NCBI GenBank assembly: GCA_035539855.1
Contig: DATLHO010000154.1
Coordinates: 11,833 to 75,832, forward strand
From: Candidatus Kapaibacterium sp.
GTDB lineage: Bacteria > Bacteroidota > Ignavibacteria > OLB7
Length of the DNA: 64,000 nt
Direction of reading: 5' to 3'
The notes under the pieces are model-generated. The model was not told where the DNA came from, did no database searches, and was given only the letters and a program-made list of their open reading frames with translations. Of this stretch, positions 57,419-64,000 are shown piece after piece; the stretch's first letter is position 1, and the number at the start of each line of letters is the position of its first letter. The translations under genes were made by a program, and so were the position numbers.

Positions 57419-58695
57419 TGCGTGAGTATGTGACACCGGGCGGTGCGGAGAAGGCGCGGGCGCTGCGACGCATGAAAGCGATCGCCACCGGTGCGTTCCT
57501 GCTGATGACCGCGATCTTCTTCCTGACCGAGCCGCTCGGCACCGGGACGCTCGTCTGGGTCATTCGCTGGGATCACATCAACGCGTTCGCCGAGGCGTCG
57601 ATGGTCGGCGCGCTCGCGGACTGGTTCGCGGTCGTCGCGCTGTTTCGCCACCCGATGGGAATCCCGATCTGGCACACCGCGATCATCCCGCGCAAGAAGG
57701 AGGAGATCGGTCGCAACCTCGGCTCGTTCGTCGAGCAGCGCCTGCTGTCGGTCGAGAACATCTCGAAGGAGATCGGCCGCTTCTCGGCATCGCGCGCGGC
57801 GGTGGCGTTTCTTTCGACCGAGGAGAATCGCAGGCGGGCGGCGTCGTGGCTCGGAGACGGCATCGGCGCGATGGTCGATGCGCTCGACGACAGCGAGGTC
57901 GAAGCGCTGCTCGGCGACATCGTCCGCCGCCAGGCATCGAAGCTCGACGCGGCGGCGATCCTCGGCGGCGGACTGGAGATGCTCGCCGCGTCCGGACGCC
58001 ATCACATCCTGCTCGATCAGGCGCTCAACCGGATCGCCGAGTGGGTGCCGTCGCGCCGCGATATGATCGAGGAGTTCATCGACCGCTCGCTCGAGCGGAT
58101 GCTCCGCTGGGGTCGTCGCCTCGTCCCGGCCAGCGTCGTCGAGCGCGCGACCGAGCAGGTGCTCGAGGCGATCATCGACGTCATCCGCGATGCGGCGGTC
58201 GATCCGAACCACCCGCTGCGCGCGGATCTCGCCGCCAGGCTCGATGAGTCGATCCTCAGGCTCAAGACCGACGAAGGCTGGATCGATCAGGTCAACCGCT
58301 GGAAGACGGAGCTGCTGGAAAGCCCGGAGCTCGCGCGGCATACCGCGGGACTGTGGGCACAGGCGAAGGAGTGGCTTACGAACGATCTCGAGCGCGAGGA
58401 CTCGATCATCAAGGGGTACGCGGAGCGGGCAGCCGAATCGGCCTACCATCGCCTCAGCACCGACGAGGCCATGCAGAAGGTCGTCGACGATCGCCTGCGC
58501 CAGGCGGCGATCACGTTCATCACCAGCCACCACCACACGATCGGCGGCCTCATTCAGCGCGTCATCGACTCATGGGACAGCGAACAGCTCTCACGCGAGC
58601 TCGAGCTCAATCTCGGCCGCGACCTGCAGTATATACGCCTCAATGGAACGTTTATCGGCGGGTTCGTCGGACTTCTGATTCATCTGGTACGGTAG
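57415..58695 (+). CDS. DUF445-family membrane-associated protein
   Basis: 426 aa. Start overlaps the nusB stop. N-terminal TM helix then a long helical domain typical of DUF445/YjiN-like proteins. Confidence 0.5.
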   Translation: MMREYVTPGGAEKARALRRMKAIATGAFLLMTAIFFLTEPLGTGTLVWVIRWDHINAFAEASMVGALADWFAVVALFRHPMGIPIWHTAIIPRKKEEIGRNLGSFVEQRLLSVENISKEIGRFSASRAAVAFLSTEENRRRAASWLGDGIGAMVDALDDSEVEALLGDIVRRQASKLDAAAILGGGLEMLAASGRHHILLDQALNRIAEWVPSRRDMIEEFIDRSLERMLRWGRRLVPASVVERATEQVLEAIIDVIRDAAVDPNHPLRADLAARLDESILRLKTDEGWIDQVNRWKTELLESPELARHTAGLWAQAKEWLTNDLEREDSIIKGYAERAAESAYHRLSTDEAMQKVVDDRLRQAAITFITSHHHTIGGLIQRVIDSWDSEQLSRELELNLGRDLQYIRLNGTFIGGFVGLLIHLVR

Positions 58696-58700
58696 GTGGG

Positions 58701-58795
58701 TCAGATGTCAAATGTTAGATGTCAGATGTCACAAGGCACAGAGCGTCTTGTGACATCTGACATTTGACATCTGACATCTGACATCTGACATCTGA
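58701..58795. repeat. inverted arrays of heptanucleotide repeats: 5x (TCAGATG-like) + 11-nt spacer + 7x (CATCTGA), forming a long imperfect hairpin
   Basis: Left arm tcagatg|tcaaatg|ttagatg|tcagatg|tcacaag. Right arm cttgtga|catctga|catttga|catctga x4. Arms are reverse-complementary over about 28 bp with one 7-nt bulge. Lies between convergent genes. Confidence 0.8.
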
Positions 58796-58993
58796 CTACT
58801 TCAACGATGTCTTCGATGCATGCTTCCGCGCCCACAGCACGGATGCGACGATCAGAAGCAGCCCCACCGTTCCAATCGCAACGCCCGCCGAAATGGAATC
58901 TCCGAAGAAATCGAAGCCGGCTGCGCTGAGGACGACCATGCCGGCGGCGACGATGATGATGATCTGCGCGAGATAATATGCCTGGGAGCTCAT
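58796..58993 (-). CDS. small two-TM membrane protein
   Basis: About 65 aa from MSSQAYYLAQIIIIVAAGMVVL. Hydrophobic. Confidence 0.4.
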   Translation of the reverse strand: MSSQAYYLAQIIIIVAAGMVVLSAAGFDFFGDSISAGVAIGTVGLLLIVASVLWARKHASKTSLK

Positions 58994-59102
58994 AGGTGCA
59001 CCGTTTCGGACCCTTTCAACGAAGTCCATTTCAAAAGACAACCGCACTACCGCCGATCTGTAGTTCAAAGCGCGCGCCACATCCCGGAGCAATTACCTTC
59101 TG

Positions 59103-59158
59103 CAAATCAAAAACGGGGAGACGGAGCGTCGCGAGCGGCGACAGGCCCCATTTCCCCG
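59103..59158 (-). terminator. intrinsic terminator for the outer-membrane protein gene (hairpin ACGGGGA...TCCCCGT plus TTTTTGATTTG on minus strand)
   Basis: Reverse complement of 59103-59158 gives a GC-rich stem-loop followed by a U-rich tract. Lies about 35 nt after the stop at 59193. Confidence 0.5.
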
Positions 59159-59192
59159 TGAAAACGGCGTCGAACTATTTTCGTTTTGAATG

Positions 59193-60077
59193 CTACTCGA
59201 CCGAGCGCCAGGTCGCGCTCAGCGAGAACGTCGTCGCCACCAGCGCGTTTCGTCCGCCGATGTCGCTTGCCAGGCTTGCGCCGAGATCGAGTCCCGCGTC
59301 CGCCTCGAGCAGCACGCCCATGCTCCACCGGGTGAAGCTCCGGTCGCCGACGACCGTGCGGTTGATCTCATCCCCGTCGAAATCCGCAAGCGACTGGATT
59401 CCGTCGAGGCCGGTGCGGAGCTCGAATCCGCGGCCGAGGTCGATGTCGAGCTCCGCCGCATAGGCGAACTCGTTGCTCGCCTTGTTGCGCAGCCGGAAGT
59501 CGGTCGCGAGCTGGAAGTGTCCGGCGACGACGCCGATGTTGTATGGAACGGCGCCGGCCGCTCCGAGCGAATAGTCGGCGACGCCGGTGCCGAGCGGGAT
59601 CTCCTGCGTGGGCGAGCCCATCGGAGCCTTCCATGCGACCGTCACGGTCGCGTGGTACGGCGATTCGATCGGCAGCAGGCGCATGCGGGCGCCCAGCCAG
59701 ATATCGGTCAGTCCGCTGGCGGAGATGGTCGTGTCGCGCGCGCTCGGCTCGTAGTAGGCCTCGCGAACGACGGTCCGCAACTGCGTCTGCGCGACACCGG
59801 TGAGCCAGTCGGTCAGGCCGTATTCGCACAGCAGCGACACATCGGTCTGGCCGAACTCCGCGTCGCGGTAGGTCAGAGAGTCGCCGAAGAGGGCGTGGCG
59901 GCGTCCGTCGAGGCCGTACTCGTACGTGGCGCTCATCCACGACACGCCGAAGCGCAGGTAGTAGGCGCCGTCTGCGCGCGTGAACGCCGGTCCGTTCGCG
60001 CGGGCCTGAGCCAGCGAGAGCGCGAGCCCTGCCAGCATCAGCATCGAGACTCGCGGTACTGCGAAACGAAGGAGCAT
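59193..60077 (-). CDS. hypothetical outer-membrane beta-barrel protein
   Basis: 294 aa. Signal peptide MLLRFAVPRVSMLMLAGLALSLAQA. Alternating-residue beta-strand pattern. Confidence 0.5.
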   Translation of the reverse strand: MLLRFAVPRVSMLMLAGLALSLAQARANGPAFTRADGAYYLRFGVSWMSATYEYGLDGRRHALFGDSLTYRDAEFGQTDVSLLCEYGLTDWLTGVAQTQLRTVVREAYYEPSARDTTISASGLTDIWLGARMRLLPIESPYHATVTVAWKAPMGSPTQEIPLGTGVADYSLGAAGAVPYNIGVVAGHFQLATDFRLRNKASNEFAYAAELDIDLGRGFELRTGLDGIQSLADFDGDEINRTVVGDRSFTRWSMGVLLEADAGLDLGASLASDIGGRNALVATTFSLSATWRSVE

Positions 60078-60190
60078 GGGTGACCTCCAGCGAGCTGCGG
60101 GAACGTCTGCCGCGGCCGAGTCGGGGTGACGGACCTCAGGCGGTCAGCGGAGTCTGGTTTGGGGGAGGGAATGCACGGATGCCACGGCGT

Positions 60191-60916
60191 TCAGCCGAGG
60201 ACCGAGACGCGATAGTTGCGCTGCGCCACGCGGGTCAGGATAAGCTGCTTTCCGCGATACAGGTTTTGATCGGTCCGGAAGCGTGTGAGGATCAGCTCCG
60301 AGTCGCCCGCGAAGCGTCCGACGATGTTGGCGGGAATCGTGAAGCGGCCCATGTCGGTGACGATCTGCGAGTAGGTGTCGACCCCGGCCATCCGCCAGGT
60401 GATCAGCACGCCGCCGGTCGCGGTCGACGGCGGCCTCCACGACAGCGCCAGCGCGGTGTCGGCACGCAGCGGATCGCCGTACATGAGCGGCGCGACGGAG
60501 TCGATCTCGTTGAGCGCGGCGACCTGGAAGGTCATCGGTCCCTCCGCATCGGTCAGCCGCCACGCCTGGACGCCGAAGAGGTTCGTGTTGTCGGTCGCAC
60601 CCAGGCGCAGGGTATCGGTCGCCGCGTGGCGCTCGAACAGGACGCCGTTGAGCTCGACCTGCGTCGGCAGCGCCGCGCCTCCGGTGTAGAACTGGCCGAA
60701 GAACGAGCGTCCGGTGACCTTCACGAGCGTGTCGCGCACGATCTCGTCGGTGACCAGGCGAACGCCGCTGACGCCGAAGTACGCGTCGGAGTTCGGGGGC
60801 TGTGGATAAACGAGCGAGAACTCGATCGACTGCGGTCCGTCGACCGGCGGGATCACCCGTTCAGAGCACGCGGCGAGGGTCAGGAAACCGACAAAAATCG
60901 CGAGGATGAGCTTCAT
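60191..60916 (-). CDS. hypothetical lipoprotein
   Basis: Start at MKLILAIFVGFLTLAAC (lipobox). Confidence 0.5.
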   Translation of the reverse strand: MKLILAIFVGFLTLAACSERVIPPVDGPQSIEFSLVYPQPPNSDAYFGVSGVRLVTDEIVRDTLVKVTGRSFFGQFYTGGAALPTQVELNGVLFERHAATDTLRLGATDNTNLFGVQAWRLTDAEGPMTFQVAALNEIDSVAPLMYGDPLRADTALALSWRPPSTATGGVLITWRMAGVDTYSQIVTDMGRFTIPANIVGRFAGDSELILTRFRTDQNLYRGKQLILTRVAQRNYRVSVLG

Positions 60917-61202
60917 GGCGCCCAAGATACGAAAGGGCGCGGACCGATGCGCTCCACGGCGCAGGCCGCGCTCCGGCCGTGGAGAACCCGTGGATAAGTT
61001 GTGCGAAGAAAGCCGTTGGCGTGGCTCAGCAAAGCTGGTAAACTTGCGCGCGCCGACAGGTTCCCGAACGCGTTAGCGTTCGTCATCTCGCGCACAGCTT
61101 GAAGCCGGTTCCGCAACCGGACGCCTCCGCGTCCGGCCCCGGCCAACCCCCGTCGTATCCTGCGATCACAGACTACCCCCCAGCCTTCGAGAGGCGAGCA
61201 AC

Positions 61203-64000
61203 ATGTTCGATGGTGGCATCCTGAACGAGGGCAGCAGCGACGATCCGAAGCAGTCGCAGAACCGCTGGCGTCCGCAGAAGGTGGTGCCGCTGCAGTCGAG
61301 CAGTCTCGACCGCGTACCGCCGCACTCGACCGACGCGGAGATGGCCGTGCTCGGGGCGATGATGCTGGACAAGGAGGCGGCGAGCAAGGTCATCCAGATC
61401 CTGCCGCCGGACTCGTTCTATCGTGAGACGCACCGGATCATCTACCAGGCGATGCTCGCGCTTGCCGAGCGCAACCAGCCGGTCGACATCATCACGATCA
61501 ACGACGAGCTGCGCCGCATCGGCAAGCTCTCCGACGTCGGCGGCTCGCTGTACCTCTCGGAGCTCAACATGCGGACGCCGACCGCGGCGAACGTCGAGCA
61601 CCACGCGCGCATCGTCTTCGAGAAGGCTCTCAAGCGCAGGCTGATCGGCGCGGCGATGGAGATCATCCAGAACTCCTACTCCGACTCGAGCGACGCGTTC
61701 GAGGAGCTCGACTCGGCCGAGCAGAAGATCTTCCAGATTGCCGAGAGTCGCGGCAACCGCAGCTACCACAGCATGAAGCGTCTCGCGTTCGAGACGATGG
61801 AGATGCTCGAGGCGCTCGCGGCGCGCCGCGCCGACGGCAACGAGGTCGTCGGCGTTCCGAGCGGCCTGCAGAAGCTCGACGCCCTGCTCGGCGGCTTCCA
61901 GCGCTCGGACCTCGTGATTCTCGCGGCGCGACCGTCGATGGGAAAGTGCCTCGCGTGGCACAGCCTCGTCGACGACCCGGCGACGGGCGAGCGCATGACG
62001 ATCCAGGAGTGCATCCGCCGGCGCATGCCGTCGGTGCTCGGCGTCGCCGATGACGGAACGGTCCGCGCTGCGGCTATCGGCGACTGGATCGACAGCGGCA
62101 TCAAGCCGACCTACCGCGTCATCACGCGCACGGGCCGTCGCGTCGAGGTCACTGGCCATCATCCGTTTCTCACCGTCGACGGCTGGACGCCGCTGCACGA
62201 CCTCGCCGTCGGCAGCCGCATCGCCGTGCCGCGCACGCTGCCCACGTTCGGACAGGACACCTCGTGGTCGCTCGATCGCGTGCGGCTCCTCGGCTACTAC
62301 ATCGCCGAGGGCGGGCTCACCGATACGTGCCCTGAATTCACCAACACCGACCCGGCGATCGTGGCGGATTTCACCGCGACGATCACGACCCGCTTCCCGG
62401 CCTGTCGCGTTCGACAGGACGGAATCACGTACATCGCCGCGCAGCCGAAGACCGCGGCGATCATGCCGCCGAACCCCGTCACGACGTGGCTCCGCGAGCT
62501 GGGACTCTGGGGCAAGCTCGCGACCGAGAAGCGGCTCCCCGCCTGCGTCTGGCAGTGGGACGCCGAACGGCTCCGCGAGCTCGTACGCGCGCTCATGAGC
62601 TGCGACGGGACGATCTACGCGATGAGCGGATATCCCCGGATCGAGTTCACCGTCGCCTCCGAAGAGCTCGCCTCCGACATGCACCATGCGCTCGTGCGCT
62701 TCGGCATCGTCGCGAAGCTCTGGCGCAAGACCGAGCGCTCGTGGCGCGTCGAGATCACCGAGCCGGAATCGGTTGCACGCTACCAGTCGGAGATCGGCTG
62801 GATCGGTGAGAAGGCCGGCAGGTTCACGATCGCCGCGACGAGAGCCGCGGCGAAAGCGACAGCCATCGCGACGGTGACATCCACCGCCGCAAGCGCGGAA
62901 GCCGCCGCGACGACCCACGCGCGCCGGACCAACGTCGGACACCCTCCGGCGGCGACCTGGTCGCGCGTCCGCGCGTCGGCCCGACGCGCCGGCATGTCGC
63001 TGACGAGGCTGGCCCAGGCGAGCGGGGAGATCGCGCACCGAGACGGCTACAACCCGCACACGAACAGGGGGATCACCCGGCGACGCCTCGAGCGCTACGC
63101 TGCGATCCTCGGCGACGACGAGCTGCGCAGGGCCTCGAGCGCCGACCTCTACTGGGACGAGATCATCGCGATCGAGGACGCGGGCGAGCAGCAGGTCTAC
63201 GACCTGACCGTGCCGGACGGCTCGAACTTCATCGCGCAGGACGTCTGCGTGCACAACACGGCCCTTGCCATGTCGATGGCGCGCAATGCTGCCATCGACT
63301 ACAAGCACGCGGTCGCCTTCTTCTCGCTCGAAATGTCGGCGCAGCAGCTCGTGATGCGACTGATCTCGGCAGAGGCGCGCGTCGACGCGCACCGGCTGCG
63401 TACGGGCGATCTCAAGAACGAGCACTGGCAGCAGATCGTCTCGACGATCCACCGGTTGACCGAGGCGCCGATGTACATCGACGACACGCCGGCGCTCGGC
63501 ATCATGGAGCTGCGGGCGCGCGCGCGGTTGATGAAGCGCGAGCACAACATCCAGCTCATCGTCATCGACTACCTCCAGTTGATGCACGCGCCGAAGGCCG
63601 AGAGCCGCGAGCGCGAGATCTCGATGATCTCCCGCGGACTCAAGCAGCTCGCCAAGGAGCTCGACATCCCGATCGTCGCGCTGTCGCAGCTCAACCGCTC
63701 GGTCGAATCGCGCGGCGACAAACGTCCGATGCTGAGCGATCTTCGCGAATCCGGATCTATTGAGCAGGACGCCGACGTCGTCATGTTCGTGCACCGACCG
63801 GAGTACTACGGCATCCCGCAGGACGAGGACGGCCACCCGACCGAGGGCATGGCCGAAGTCATCGTCGGCAAGCAGCGAAACGGACCGACCGGCACCGCAA
63901 AGGTCGCCTTCGTCAGCGAGTACGCGCGCTTCGAGAACCTCGAGTTCCGCTACGACGACGCCCCGCAGTACCTGCCCCCCGGAGGCAACGACGAAGCACC
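61203..64000 (+). CDS. dnaB: replicative DNA helicase DnaB, intein-containing, 3' end beyond the window
   Basis: N-terminal domain ...HSTDAEMAVLGAMMLD. Walker A GARPSMGK|T is interrupted. After the insert the extein resumes with TALAMSMA...SIEQDADVVMFVHRPEYY, the DnaB RecA-like motifs. Not in the ORF track because it is open at the window edge. Confidence 0.85.
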   Translation, partial: MFDGGILNEGSSDDPKQSQNRWRPQKVVPLQSSSLDRVPPHSTDAEMAVLGAMMLDKEAASKVIQILPPDSFYRETHRIIYQAMLALAERNQPVDIITINDELRRIGKLSDVGGSLYLSELNMRTPTAANVEHHARIVFEKALKRRLIGAAMEIIQNSYSDSSDAFEELDSAEQKIFQIAESRGNRSYHSMKRLAFETMEMLEALAARRADGNEVVGVPSGLQKLDALLGGFQRSDLVILAARPSMGKCLAWHSLVDDPATGERMTIQECIRRRMPSVLGVADDGTVRAAAIGDWIDSGIKPTYRVITRTGRRVEVTGHHPFLTVDGWTPLHDLAVGSRIAVPRTLPTFGQDTSWSLDRVRLLGYYIAEGGLTDTCPEFTNTDPAIVADFTATITTRFPACRVRQDGITYIAAQPKTAAIMPPNPVTTWLRELGLWGKLATEKRLPACVWQWDAERLRELVRALMSCDGTIYAMSGYPRIEFTVASEELASDMHHALVRFGIVAKLWRKTERSWRVEITEPESVARYQSEIGWIGEKAGRFTIAATRAAAKATAIATVTSTAASAEAAATTHARRTNVGHPPAATWSRVRASARRAGMSLTRLAQASGEIAHRDGYNPHTNRGITRRRLERYAAILGDDELRRASSADLYWDEIIAIEDAGEQQVYDLTVPDGSNFIAQDVCVHNTALAMSMARNAAIDYKHAVAFFSLEMSAQQLVMRLISAEARVDAHRLRTGDLKNEHWQQIVSTIHRLTEAPMYIDDTPALGIMELRARARLMKREHNIQLIVIDYLQLMHAPKAESREREISMISRGLKQLAKELDIPIVALSQLNRSVESRGDKRPMLSDLRESGSIEQDADVVMFVHRPEYYGIPQDEDGHPTEGMAEVIVGKQRNGPTGTAKVAFVSEYARFENLEFRYDDAPQYLPPGGNDEA
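61947..63257 (+). mobile_element. intein (437 aa) with LAGLIDADG homing-endonuclease domain inserted in the dnaB P-loop
   Basis: Begins with Cys immediately after GK of Walker A. Ends ...VHN followed by Thr (+1 nucleophile). Internal LLGYYIAEGG and LVRALMSCDGTI LAGLIDADG-type motifs. In frame with both exteins. Confidence 0.8.

Noticed and set aside
61173-63836. 887-aa minus-strand ORF across the dnaB region
   Set aside because: Antisense to the dnaB/intein frame, which has clear helicase, Hint and LAGLIDADG motifs. The plus-strand dnaB is missing from the track only because it is open at the window end.
1-64000. CRISPR arrays, rRNA genes, integrases and prophage structural genes
   Set aside because: No regularly spaced direct repeats with unique spacers, no rRNA-like conserved segments, and no recombinase or phage structural motifs were found on either strand.

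Overview
The window is a very GC-rich bacterial chromosomal segment (roughly two-thirds G+C by eye), and nearly every long antisense ORF in the six-frame track is a GC artefact. The ORF track appears to omit ORFs that run off the window ends (argR at position 1, dnaB at position 64000).

Genes in order:
- An arginine-biosynthesis operon on the minus strand (partial argR, then argF, argB, argJ, argC), with an AT-rich island of TGCAT palindromes, plausibly an ArgR operator, at the argC start.
- A DUF92 membrane protein and a tRNA-Leu(GAG).
- A family of about 40-bp GC-rich palindromic repeats in three copies, one immediately after the tRNA.
- A lipoprotein, an outer-membrane beta-barrel protein, and two tandem M3 oligoendopeptidase F paralogs.
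- A Tat-signal Rieske protein and a P2-type cation ATPase.
- A ComB-like phosphatase fused to a NUDIX hydrolase.
- A mosaic scar region at 16.9-18.6 kb (details below).
- A run of secreted proteins carrying a T9SS-type C-terminal sorting domain: BNR/Asp-box, LVIVD-like, and glycoside-hydrolase-like proteins.
- A lower-GC islet encoding a cysteine-rich secreted protein, next to a LuxR-family regulator.
- serS, a membrane protein with a 2Fe-2S ferredoxin domain, a YVTN beta-propeller lipoprotein, mgtE, a KirBac-type K+ channel, an aldehyde dehydrogenase and lpxH.
- An oppABCDF-like peptide ABC transporter operon with a clean intrinsic terminator.
- OmpA-family proteins, a carboxypeptidase-regulatory-domain repeat lipoprotein, an alpha/beta hydrolase, and a translationally coupled M14 peptidase and ROK kinase.
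- An orphan ABC ATPase, a DUF218 protein, nusB and a DUF445 protein.
- A partial dnaB interrupted at the Walker A P-loop by a full-length intein with a LAGLIDADG homing endonuclease.

Most unusual observations:
- The mosaic scar at 16.9-18.6 kb: an OmpA C-terminal remnant, a truncated HigB-like toxin with an intact antitoxin and palindromic operator, a roughly 100-bp internal serS fragment duplicated about 7 kb from serS, and a chimeric LuxR-HTH/OmpA gene.
- The cysteine-rich protein islet.
- An inverted array of TCAGATG heptad repeats at 58.7 kb.
- The dnaB intein.

No rRNA, CRISPR array, transposase or integrase was recognised.
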